Shown in pieces: positions 1-7,523 of a DNA stretch of 15,037 nucleotides (positions are counted from its first letter, which is position 1; every line of letters begins with the position of its first letter). Source of the stretch: Desulfomonilia bacterium (GTDB lineage Bacteria > Desulfobacterota > Desulfomonilia > UBA1062). The position numbers were made by a program, and so were the translations under genes. The notes beneath the pieces were generated by a model, which saw only the letters and a list, made by a program, of their open reading frames with translations, did not search any database and was not told the origin of the DNA. The stretch is taken from positions 1 through 15,037 of the forward strand of contig JBEKDT010000028.1 of assembly GCA_050014195.1 (NCBI GenBank). Direction: 5' to 3'.

Positions 1-121
1 GTATCTGGGAAACTTATTTTGGTCCTCTGAGACTTGGTGAAGTGAGTGAGAGGCTCAAATGAACCGGAAAGTGTTACCTATGTCCCTTTACTTTTTGTTA
101 CCTATGTCCTTGACCTGTACA
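1..121 (+). mobile_element. Right end of an IS481-like insertion sequence
   Basis: Two direct repeats TGTTACCTATGTCC (72-85, 96-109) and a terminus ...GACCTGTACA-121 (5'-TGT on the other strand). Nt 51-121 recur exactly, inverted, at 14967-15037. Confidence 0.75.
3..62 (+). CDS. C-terminal fragment of a probable IS481-family transposase, cut by the window edge
   Basis: Frame from nt 3 reads IWETYFGPLRLGEVSERLK* (TGA 60-62). This resembles the W-x-x-Y-F-G-P-x-x-L-G tail of IS481-type transposases and is followed directly by an IS-like end. It is too short to appear in the ORF track. Confidence 0.65.
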   Translation: MWETYFGPLRLGEVSERLK

Positions 122-347
122 CCCCACGAACCCGCCTTGAAGGGTTCGTTCGCTCGCTTGAAAAATCAGGGCCGCGAGCAAATTTCTTCAGGATAGAAGA
201 AATTGACGCACCTTGCGTGCGCCCGGAGGGTGAGGGACAGGGATGTCCTGAGTCAAAACTCGCTCCGTTTCGCTTCGCTCAGACAAACGCCGCTATTCCC
301 CCTGATTTTTCTTCGCTCGCTCACCAGGTTCAGAGGGGTTTAAAAAA
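122..347 (+). repeat. Structured intergenic repeat, copy A (IS-interrupted, with a 75-bp internal insertion)
   Basis: Aligns by eye with 13300-13450 and with the reverse complement of 14827-14966: CCCCAC(t)GAACCCGCC..GTTCGCTCGCTTG..AACTCGCT..CGCTCAGACAA..CGCTC.CTCACC.GGTTCA..GGGG. Confidence 0.85.
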
Positions 348-357
348 CCCCAGGGCC

Positions 358-398
358 GGGTGGCACGGGCGAAGCCCGAAGGGCTTGCCCGTGGGACA
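358..398 (+). repeat. REP-like palindrome (GTGG foot plus hairpin), left member of an inverted pair
   Basis: GGGTGG-CACGGGC-G-AAGCCC-GAA-GGGCTT-GCCCGTG-GGACA. It is 40/41 identical to the reverse complement of 636-676. Confidence 0.8.
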
Positions 399-418
399 TT
401 TCTCCAAGGGTAGACTAT

Positions 419-597
419 CCATTATATGACGAATGCATACATGAAGAAGCCCCTCTCCGTTCTGTCTGAATCGATTGCCTGGATCAGCCAGATGATTTCT
501 CGGAGGATAAGAGAGGCATCCTTACTTAACATGAGAAGGTCGGTTCATGGGCGTGCCCGGGCGGATTGAAATGCATGGCCCTTGTTTATGAATACAT
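419..597 (-). pseudogene. Decayed N-terminal fragment of a REP-associated tyrosine transposase (RAYT/TnpA-REP)
   Basis: Minus-strand translation across stops and a frameshift gives MHFNPPGHAHEPTFSC*VRMPLLSSE / IIWLIQAIDSDRTERGFFMYAFVI. This follows the RAYT pattern (GHAH..TF.C..R.PLL...W....I......GF...A.V.MP.HxH) and stops just before the HUH motif. It lies between two inverted REPs. Confidence 0.7.
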
Positions 598-635
598 TCC
601 AGAGAAAAAGATCGTGGAATGGTGCTAAACTATTC

Positions 636-676
636 TGTCCCAAGGGCAAGCCCTTCGGGCTTCGCCCGTGCCACCC
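636..676 (-). repeat. REP-like palindrome, right member of the inverted pair
   Basis: Reverse complement of 358-398 with one mismatch. Confidence 0.8.
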
Positions 677-691
677 AAGATTTTTCTTCTT

Positions 692-853
692 CTATCCTGG
701 CCACCCGCCCGCCCGGGCGATAACCGCACCAACTTTCGGTACGACCTTACCAGGCTCGCTTTTTGATTGTCGTGCGAGCGCTATTGCTCTCAGCATTAGC
801 TCCCTATCAGTCTGCTTTCGTTGTTCTTTGCCGGATCGTGCTACTCTTGCCAT
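692..853 (-). pseudogene. Truncated gene cassette: N-terminus of a CMP/dCMP (RibD-like) deaminase-fold protein
   Basis: ATG at 853 follows AGGAG. TDRELMLRAIALARQSKSEPGKVVPKVGAVIARAG matches the D..M..A..LA......P.VGAV start of cytidine-deaminase-fold proteins. Similarity ends at a REP-like GGGTGGC (706-700), before the HxE/CxxC zinc motifs. Confidence 0.6.
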
Positions 854-895
854 TGGTGTCTGCTCTCCTGCGTCATAATTCCCTGTTTCCTTGCG

Positions 896-959
896 GTACA
901 ACGTTGCGCATCAGCGGCGCGGGCGGCAGCCCGCGCCCGCCTGCATGCGCTAGTTAGGC
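896..959 (-). other. Integron attC recombination site (64 bp)
   Basis: Minus strand: R'' GCCTAAC, TAGCG, L'' CATGCAG, GCGG, GCGCGGGC-TGCC-GCCCGCGC, CG, L' CTGATG, CGCAAC, R' GTTGTAC. AAC/GTT cores pair, CAT(G)CAG/CTGATG leaves one extrahelical base, and the upstream gene's TAA lies inside R''. Confidence 0.85.
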
Positions 960-1403
960 GATTCTTTTTTCTTTGACTTCCCTAATGATTCGTCGCACAC
1001 ATCCATCATCACATAACTCATATAAAGGGCGTTTCTGAAGAAGGCGAAAGAACAAGAGGAGATCTGCTCCTTGAAGTTCATCCATATATATTTTTTGAAT
1101 GCCCGGTGTGAGTCCCTGGGCTTCTATAATTGAACATGCTTCTGCTACCTCCTCACTTGAATTAAGACCAAGTACACCCGCTCTTAACATACCATTCATG
1201 TCGGATGTTGTTACTGAATTAACTAAATCTCTGTATCGGCTGACCACACCATGTATTCTCTTTATCCTTTCCTCTTCTCTTTCTATTTCATGACGTTGTA
1301 TATCTTTTTTCATAAGTTGTTTGCCACGCTGAACACCAGCAAAGTAGATAAGAACATAGATAATAATCGCTGCAACAGTTAAGAAAATGTCAAGAGTTAA
1401 CAT
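954..1403 (-). CDS. Hypothetical cassette protein, 149 aa, with an N-terminal transmembrane helix and a charged helical segment
   Basis: AT-rich ORF with AGGA upstream of the ATG and hydrophobic IFLTVAAIIIYVLIYFAGV. It is bounded by GTTAGAT upstream and attC downstream. No family recognised. Confidence 0.75.
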   Translation of the reverse strand: MLTLDIFLTVAAIIIYVLIYFAGVQRGKQLMKKDIQRHEIEREEERIKRIHGVVSRYRDLVNSVTTSDMNGMLRAGVLGLNSSEEVAEACSIIEAQGLTPGIQKIYMDELQGADLLLFFRLLQKRPLYELCDDGCVRRIIREVKEKRIA

Positions 1404-1417
1404 ATGTAATCCTAATT

Positions 1418-1424
1418 ATCTAAC
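1418..1424 (-). other. Cassette 5' boundary / attI-like core GTTAGAT
   Basis: GTTRRRY core 14 nt upstream of the cassette ATG. GTTAG is complementary to CTAAC of the cassette's R''. No attC hairpin is visible upstream of it. Confidence 0.5.
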
Positions 1425-1553
1425 AGGATAATAGAGAGCAAATGTGGAAAAGTGGAAGTCAGGGCAATATTCATGTCTTAAGAAAAATTTAGAAGGTTTT
1501 ATCTTCGTCTCCCCTTCAACTAAACCGATACAAACTCATCAACTCTAAATTAT

Positions 1554-1582
1554 ATTATACAGGTTGCCAGAAAAATGGTCAA
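1554..1582 (-). promoter_or_regulatory. Sigma70-type promoter pointing into the cassettes (Pc-like)
   Basis: Minus strand TTGACC-N17-TATAAT, just downstream of the rmuC stop. Confidence 0.65.
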
Positions 1583-1614
1583 GAAACCTCTCTTTGATCC
1601 TACTCTTAGGGAAT

Positions 1615-2985
1615 CTATTGTACGTTCCCACCCTCAGGCTGATCATCACCCGGTGCTGCAATGCTCCTGAGCGCCACTTCCACCGGCTCGGGGCATTCAA
1701 GTGCTTCGCCGTGCTCGGGCGCGGTGAGGTCTTTGAGGCGGTTGGCGGACGGGAGGATGCGCGACTCAAAGGAGCCGAGCGCTGTATTATAAGATTCAGT
1801 GGCTTTTTGGAGCCCGTCGCGGATCTTGTCGAAGTGCCTCACAAAGGTCTTGAGCCGGTCGAACAGCTCGACGCCGGTCTCCCAGATCTTGTGCGCGTTC
1901 TCGGATGCGCTCTGCTGCTGCCAGCTCATGGCTACGGAGCGCAGCAGTGCAATGAGGGTCACCGGCGTTGCAATGAGAATCCTCTTTTCGATGCCGTCTT
2001 CGATGAGGGTCTTGTCCTGGTCCAAGGCAGCGCTGAAAAAGGCCTCGCCGGGCAGGAACAGGACCACGAAATCGGGTGTGGGGGTGAACTGCTTCCAATA
2101 TTCCTTTGAGGCAAGGGCATTCATGTGGTCCCGCACGGATCTTGCGTGTCTGCCCAGGCATGTAGCCTGTATACTCGGGTCCGTGGCCTCGTAGGCCTCA
2201 AGATAAGCCCTTAAAGGAACCTTGGCATCGATGACCACCTGCCTGTCTCCGGGGAGCTTTACGATCAGGTCAGGCCGCTTCCTTCCCGTTTCACTTTCGG
2301 CAACGGGCTGCTCTATGAAGTCACAGTGGGAAGACATGCCCGAGAGCTCCACTACCCGCTTCAAGGTGATCTCTCCCCACCTGCCCCTGGCCTGGGGCTC
2401 CTTCAGGGCTGAGGCCAGGGTCCTGGTCTGGTCGGTGAGCCTGTCCTGCATCTTCACCAGCTCCTCGATGTGGCGGCTGATGTCGCCGTAGGCTGATTGG
2501 CGTGAGCCCTCCATGGCCTGGATCTGGGTCTCATATCGCTTGAGCGATTCCTCCAGCGGCTTCACAACCGCTTCAACAGCGCCCTGCCTCTTCTCGAAGT
2601 CGCCCTTCATCTCGGCCACTACCGCCTCCATAGTCTTGCCTGCCAGTTGTATGAAGGCCTGGTTGTTCTGATTGAGTGCATCCAGCGAGAGGGCCTTGAA
2701 GGTCTCGGTGAGCTGCCTGGCCGCATTATCCAGCAGAACCTTCTGCTCAGTGAGGGATGCCTGGGCCTCTTGAAGCCTCGTCTCTAGGCGGGCACGCTCC
2801 AGGCGCTCTTTCTCCAGGAGGTCACGCGCCTCTATAAGCTCCTGCCTGAGCCGGGACTCCAAGGTGAGGCTATCTGCGGCGGCTTTCTCTCCGGCCTTCA
2901 GCTCGCCCGAATACTGGGCCCGGGCAAAGAACCATCCGGCTATGCCGCCTATGATGAATGTAACTGCAAGAAGCAGGTATTCCAT
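1615..2985 (-). CDS. rmuC: DNA recombination protein RmuC
   Basis: N-terminal TM helix, coiled coil, RGRWGEITL, RPDLIVKLP, IDAKVPL, PDFVVLFLPGE and ATPVTLIALL motifs. Confidence 0.93.
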   Translation of the reverse strand: MEYLLLAVTFIIGGIAGWFFARAQYSGELKAGEKAAADSLTLESRLRQELIEARDLLEKERLERARLETRLQEAQASLTEQKVLLDNAARQLTETFKALSLDALNQNNQAFIQLAGKTMEAVVAEMKGDFEKRQGAVEAVVKPLEESLKRYETQIQAMEGSRQSAYGDISRHIEELVKMQDRLTDQTRTLASALKEPQARGRWGEITLKRVVELSGMSSHCDFIEQPVAESETGRKRPDLIVKLPGDRQVVIDAKVPLRAYLEAYEATDPSIQATCLGRHARSVRDHMNALASKEYWKQFTPTPDFVVLFLPGEAFFSAALDQDKTLIEDGIEKRILIATPVTLIALLRSVAMSWQQQSASENAHKIWETGVELFDRLKTFVRHFDKIRDGLQKATESYNTALGSFESRILPSANRLKDLTAPEHGEALECPEPVEVALRSIAAPGDDQPEGGNVQ

Positions 2986-3044
2986 GATACCCCTCTCTCA
3001 TCCAGTCAATAGTGAAGCATGCAATGTGCGCATTCATAATATGG

Positions 3045-3102
3045 CCCCCCTCACCCCGGCCCTCTCCCTCTAAGCCCAGGGGGAGAGGGTATGGGGGAGG
3101 GG
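3045..3102. repeat. CCCTCACCC..CCCTCTCCC/GGGAGAGGG-type GC-rich intergenic palindrome
   Basis: CCCCTCACCCCGGCCCTCTCCCTC..GGGGGAGAGGG..GGGGGAGGGG. Related copies at 7429-7482 and 13115-13151. Confidence 0.7.
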
Positions 3103-3252
3103 ACCCTCTGGGTATAGTTGGTTTATCCGAATGCGTCCTGGTATCACAATAGCTCCATCAGACAGACCCGTACAAGCACATTCTCCAGGGGATCATGATC
3201 ATAAGTTCATGCACGAGACACAGGGCATGATGAGAGGGGTTACCCTTATTTT

Positions 3253-4998
3253 TTACATTATATTCCGTGCAGGATGGGGTATGAATGTGCCTTGTGAGGT
3301 AGGGTATGTCTTATTCTTGGATTTTGCCAATGCTTCAAGTTCCAGGGCCTTTGCATTTTTCTCATAAGACATGCGGGGCTCATAGGTCCAGCCCGAGGCG
3401 AGCCGCTTCTGCTCCTTTTTTATGGCAAAATGGGCGAACACCCCCAGCACTGGTGCGATGATCCTGGTCTTCCATCCGAATTCTTTGTATATGTCACGCA
3501 AAATGGATCCAATCTTGTCGTGCATTCTCTGATCATCTTTGTACCATCGCTTCATTGCCCATACTGCTGCGGCATAGGTGGTCTTCAGATATTTTATCTC
3601 CCACTTCAGACGAGCGCGTATGCATGGGTCGGGATGGTTCTTGTATCGCTTCCAGCCGGCAAGCATGGTGCGTATCATCCTGGCGAGGCTGGGGCCGTTT
3701 ACCTCAAAGTCTTGATTGAAGGCATTGCGAAGATATTCGGTTTCCCGGCCGTCCTTGATGTACTTATGAGAAAAGTTGAAACGGTGCTGTCCATGATTAT
3801 CCGCTGCCGGGCGTTCATCCTCACCCAGAAGGGTCCCATCCTTTTTGTGCCGTTCATATAAAGGTGTACCAGGAATGGGTGTGTAGAGCATGAACTGGTG
3901 AAAAACCGTATCGTGTCGAACAGCATAATCTATAACCCGATCAATGTTCTCATGGGTATGATTCTCCAGACCGAGAATCGTTGATCCCAAGACTCGTATG
4001 CCGTGGGATTGGAGCTCCTGCACTAAATCTCTTGTTTGAACACCGCTGAGTTTTCCATAGGAGCTGTTTTCACCCTCCAAGCCCATCCAGACCCACGATA
4101 TGCCCAGGCGGATCAGTTGTTCCATGGTATATGACTTCAAAACCCTGGCTGAAGAGAATACGAACAAGGCCCAGGACTTCTTGTTCAGCTTCATCAGTTC
4201 CAAAAGCCGCAGTGCCCTGTCGCGCTGCAGGAGGAAGTTCTCATCCATCACGAAAAAGGCGCTCACCTTAAGCTTTGCCTCAATGTCACACATGACCGCG
4301 AACAGGTCATCCCCTGTTTCATAGAAGTTGATGAACTTGCCTTTCCCCCCGTACAAGGCGGACGTAGAGCAGAAGTTACACCCCATGGGGCATCCAACCG
4401 AGGGTATTAACATTGCTGCGGTGTTTACCGGTTTATCAGGTGTGCTTATGCCGAGAATTCTGGTGCCGAATCCGGAATATACTATTGGGTGTTTTATAGG
4501 GGCCTTCTCGTTGAGGCCCAGGAATTTTCTGAACCAGCTCACCCCCTCTCCCTTGCAGATATAATCTGCATCAATGGTGTGCTTCAGGTCCGGCATGTTG
4601 GCAATATGCCCCCCCACGACTATTGTTGCCTTAGGCAGATGCGTGCGGATCAGCTCGCACATCTTTTTTACCTTTCCGATGTTCGGGATGATGGCGCTGA
4701 TGCCGATGATGTCATACGAATTATCAGTGAGTTCATCGGTAAATCGTTCCAGGCTCGGGAAGTCCAGGAGCGTGCACGGGGCATCGATATTTTCTTTCAG
4801 GAGCATCAACCCGAATGAGCGATGAAACATGCGGAGTGAAAAAGGCCCCTGCTCACGGGTGACCTGGTTGTGGTAGAGCTCCATAGGGTTGATCTTCCGG
4901 CTCCCATACTCATCGTCCCTGGCATAGGGGCCGAATACGCTCGTTAATAATATGTTGGCTCGTGATCCGAGCGGATGCTTTGGGCTCATTGTTTCCAT
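3253..4998 (-). CDS. Cobalamin(B12)-binding-domain radical SAM protein
   Basis: N-terminal DIIGISA...IVVGGH...GEG B12-binding-like domain, GCPMGCNFC CxxxCxxC, MDENF, MGLE and TPIPGTPLY motifs. Substrate unknown. Confidence 0.85.
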   Translation of the reverse strand: METMSPKHPLGSRANILLTSVFGPYARDDEYGSRKINPMELYHNQVTREQGPFSLRMFHRSFGLMLLKENIDAPCTLLDFPSLERFTDELTDNSYDIIGISAIIPNIGKVKKMCELIRTHLPKATIVVGGHIANMPDLKHTIDADYICKGEGVSWFRKFLGLNEKAPIKHPIVYSGFGTRILGISTPDKPVNTAAMLIPSVGCPMGCNFCSTSALYGGKGKFINFYETGDDLFAVMCDIEAKLKVSAFFVMDENFLLQRDRALRLLELMKLNKKSWALFVFSSARVLKSYTMEQLIRLGISWVWMGLEGENSSYGKLSGVQTRDLVQELQSHGIRVLGSTILGLENHTHENIDRVIDYAVRHDTVFHQFMLYTPIPGTPLYERHKKDGTLLGEDERPAADNHGQHRFNFSHKYIKDGRETEYLRNAFNQDFEVNGPSLARMIRTMLAGWKRYKNHPDPCIRARLKWEIKYLKTTYAAAVWAMKRWYKDDQRMHDKIGSILRDIYKEFGWKTRIIAPVLGVFAHFAIKKEQKRLASGWTYEPRMSYEKNAKALELEALAKSKNKTYPTSQGTFIPHPARNIM

Positions 4999-5149
4999 GG
5001 TTGTTCTCCTTGGGGAAAGATATGATGAGGTATATCGTCCGGATCAACAATATTAACAATCTAATTATTTGATTTCACATTATAATTACAATTCGTTTGC
5101 ATATGATTTACGTAAGGAGGGCTTAAACAAGATTAAAGTGGTTCATAAC

Positions 5150-5863
5150 TTAAAGTCTTGTGGCTGGAATAGGGGCCTGGAGCATGATGCTGTAGGCCCC
5201 GCTCCGGGTGACGATAAGGTGGTCGTGCAGGCTGATGCCCACCTGCGAGCAGATCTCCGTGAGTTGCCGGGTGAGGCGCATGTCCTGTTCGGATGCGTGA
5301 AGCGTGCCCGAGGGGTGGTTGTGCACGAGGATCAGTGCGGTTGCATTATGATCCATTGCAACCCTGAGGACCTCCCTGGGGTAGATATGGGCCGCATCAA
5401 CAGTGCCCTCGGCCATGACCTGGGTATGAACAAGACGGCCTGCTGCGTTCAGGCACACCAGCATGAACTGCTCTCTTGTGCCGCCGCCGATCTCGGCCCT
5501 TATGAAACCCACCACGTCTTCGGGCCCGGAGATCACGCGGCCTGCATCGGCGTCAGGTTCCATATACCGGCTCACGCAGGCACGGGTGAGTCCCATGAGC
5601 GTGGAGGCATGTCCGCCCATGCCGTGGATCTCTTCAAGATGCTCATAAGGTGCATCGAGAACGGCCTGGAAGGTCCCGAACCGCTTAAGCAGAGCCTTGG
5701 CAAGGGGCTTGGTATCCTGACGGGGGATGGCATAGCCCAGCAGAAGCTCCAGGAGCTCATAGTCCTGGAATGCCTTTCTGCCCGACTTCCGGAAGCGGCC
5801 TTTCAGCCGGGTCCTGTGCCCGGTGTAAAGGGCCTTCTGTCCGTCCTTTTTCTTATCAGTCAT
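5150..5863 (-). CDS. radC: RadC-family JAB-domain protein
   Basis: GHRTRLKGRF, DYELLELLL, DTKPLAKALLKRFG, GTVD...YPREV, HNHPSG..S..D and HDHLIV motifs. ATG 5863 (AAGGA upstream) is preferred over GTG 5869. Confidence 0.92.
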   Translation of the reverse strand: MTDKKKDGQKALYTGHRTRLKGRFRKSGRKAFQDYELLELLLGYAIPRQDTKPLAKALLKRFGTFQAVLDAPYEHLEEIHGMGGHASTLMGLTRACVSRYMEPDADAGRVISGPEDVVGFIRAEIGGGTREQFMLVCLNAAGRLVHTQVMAEGTVDAAHIYPREVLRVAMDHNATALILVHNHPSGTLHASEQDMRLTRQLTEICSQVGISLHDHLIVTRSGAYSIMLQAPIPATRL

Positions 5864-7406
5864 GTCCACTATCCTTTACACACCCAGTGGAGTAGAATGA
5901 CCACGGCAGAACCTCATTTTCATCCCTTTCCCTCAACGCATAGTAATCGGGGTTCAGCGGCCACTGCTTCAACAGGCGCTGCCATGCTGAGGCATCGTGA
6001 CCGGCCAGTTCCACGATGAGCCCCAGTAGCTTCCTGTCACCCCGGGCGATCAAGGCCTGGAGAAACGCCCACTTCGGCCCTTCAAAGCTCACCGCGATAT
6101 TGCTCTCCCCCTTCAACGCCTTTTCGATCCGTTTGATACATGCCTTGGCCTCATCAGGCCCGGTCATCGGTTGTCTCTCATAGGGGGTATGCGGCTTGGG
6201 GACAAAGGCATTGATGCTGACACTGAGACTGCCGATTTTTCTGTTGCCCTTGGATACCTGGATGAAGATCTGTCGGATGCGCTTGATGAGGTCCACGGTC
6301 TCATTGAGGTTGTCAAGGGTCTCACCCGGCAACCCCACCATGAAGTAGAGTTTGATGTCCCTTATTCCGCTGGCTACCAGGGCCCGGATATCTTCAAGGA
6401 TAGCGGCATTGGTAATGTGTTTGCCCAGGGCATACCTCAGCCCCTCAGAGCCCGTCTCAGGGGCCAGCGTCACACCCTTGACCTGCGATTCGGCCAAGGC
6501 CTGCAGAAGGTCATTACCGATCATGCCGGGCCTCAGCGAAGGCGGGGCCACTTTCAAGCCTCGATCGCGCATTTCCCTGAAGATGGCCGGGGCATCGGGG
6601 TGGTTGTTGAGCGAGGTGCTCACCAGGCCTACCTTGCCGCGATGCCTGGCCGCCTCGTCGAACACAGGCTCAAGTATCGTAAGCGGTACTGCCCGGTAGG
6701 GGGCATATATCTCGCGGGCGCTGCAGAACTTGCAGGTAAAGGGGCACCCCCGGGCGATCTCAAGGAGGTACATGTCACCAAAGGCCGTATCTTTTGTGAT
6801 GATGCTTGTGCAGGCCGGGTCATCCATCGGGTCAATATGGGAAGGCCGCGGCATGGGTCCCTCGAAACCTACGATGACTCCCTCTTCGTAGACGGGATGC
6901 ATCCTTGATGGGATGTACACACCCGGCACAAGGCTCAGCCGGTCAAGGAAATCTTCATATCCCGAACTTGCGGCATATGATTCATGAAGGACGGCCGGCA
7001 GCGGCTCGCCATCACCGATGAAACAGATATCCAATGCATCGGCCACGGGCTCGGGATTAGACGTTATGGTCGCCCCGCCTGCCATCACAATGGGTTTACC
7101 CCTGCGGTCGCGAGCCGATACGGGTACATTGTTCGCCTTCAGAATCTTTATGGCCTCAATATAGTCGAGCTCATAGGAGATAGAAAAGGCTATGATGTGG
7201 AAATCCTGGAGCGGCCGGTCCGATTCCACTGAACGGGGGCTGTCCGTGAAGAACCGCTCGCACAGGATGCCTGGATGGTTGTTGAGCAACCGGTACATCT
7301 GCTGCAGCCCGAGGTTCGACATGCCTACCCAGTACGTGTTTGGGTAGACCAGGGCGACATTCAGCTTGCCGCCCGGGTCCTTGCGTACTGATCCGGTCTC
7401 ATTCAT
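5856..7406 (-). CDS. Radical SAM protein (TIGR03960/YgiQ-like uncharacterised family)
   Basis: YPNTYWVGMSNLG, FSISYELDY, EIARGCPFTCKFC, TLAPETGSE, KLYFMVGLPGE and FVPKPHTP motifs. Its stop overlaps the radC start. Confidence 0.85.
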   Translation of the reverse strand: MNETGSVRKDPGGKLNVALVYPNTYWVGMSNLGLQQMYRLLNNHPGILCERFFTDSPRSVESDRPLQDFHIIAFSISYELDYIEAIKILKANNVPVSARDRRGKPIVMAGGATITSNPEPVADALDICFIGDGEPLPAVLHESYAASSGYEDFLDRLSLVPGVYIPSRMHPVYEEGVIVGFEGPMPRPSHIDPMDDPACTSIITKDTAFGDMYLLEIARGCPFTCKFCSAREIYAPYRAVPLTILEPVFDEAARHRGKVGLVSTSLNNHPDAPAIFREMRDRGLKVAPPSLRPGMIGNDLLQALAESQVKGVTLAPETGSEGLRYALGKHITNAAILEDIRALVASGIRDIKLYFMVGLPGETLDNLNETVDLIKRIRQIFIQVSKGNRKIGSLSVSINAFVPKPHTPYERQPMTGPDEAKACIKRIEKALKGESNIAVSFEGPKWAFLQALIARGDRKLLGLIVELAGHDASAWQRLLKQWPLNPDYYALRERDENEVLPWSFYSTGCVKDSGHD

Positions 7407-7428
7407 ATGCAGGTCTCAATAAGCGAAA

Positions 7429-7482
7429 CCCCCTCACCCTTCCCCTCTCCCCCTGGTAGGGGGAGAGGGCGGGGAGAGGGGG
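7429..7482. repeat. CCCTCACCC..CCCTCTCCC/GGGAGAGGG-type palindrome
   Basis: CCCCCTCACCCTTCCCCTCTCCCCCT-GGT-AGGGGGAGAGGGCGGGGAGAGGGGG between ntrX and the radical SAM gene. Confidence 0.7.
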
Positions 7483-7523
7483 CACTTGATCTGGAAAAAC
7501 TACCAGCTGGCAGCAATTTGGAT

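Noticed and set aside
72-109. Direct repeats TGTTACCTATGTCC as a CRISPR array or iterons
   Set aside because: There are only two 14-bp units 10 nt apart, between a transposase-like stop and the terminus. They fit IS subterminal repeats, and no cas or rep gene is present.
46-429. 127-aa ORF, and likewise 582-878, 763-957, 13225-13422 and 14603-14929
   Set aside because: They run through IS ends, palindromic repeats or attC and have no protein-like motifs, so they are probably chance open frames.
692-901. Calling the 69-aa ORF ribD
   Set aside because: It has no zinc-binding motifs or reductase domain and sits in cassette context. The TTG start at 901 is the attC R' box, and ATG 853 is more plausible.
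4999-5149. AT-rich region with TTGATTTCACA as an FNR/CRP site
   Set aside because: Only half-site matches with the wrong spacing. It is probably a promoter region, but no specific site can be supported.
5069-6019. 316-aa plus-strand ORF and other long antisense ORFs (1564-2109, 6171-6908, 7824-8486, 8951-9679)
   Set aside because: They are shadow frames opposite well-supported GC-rich genes.
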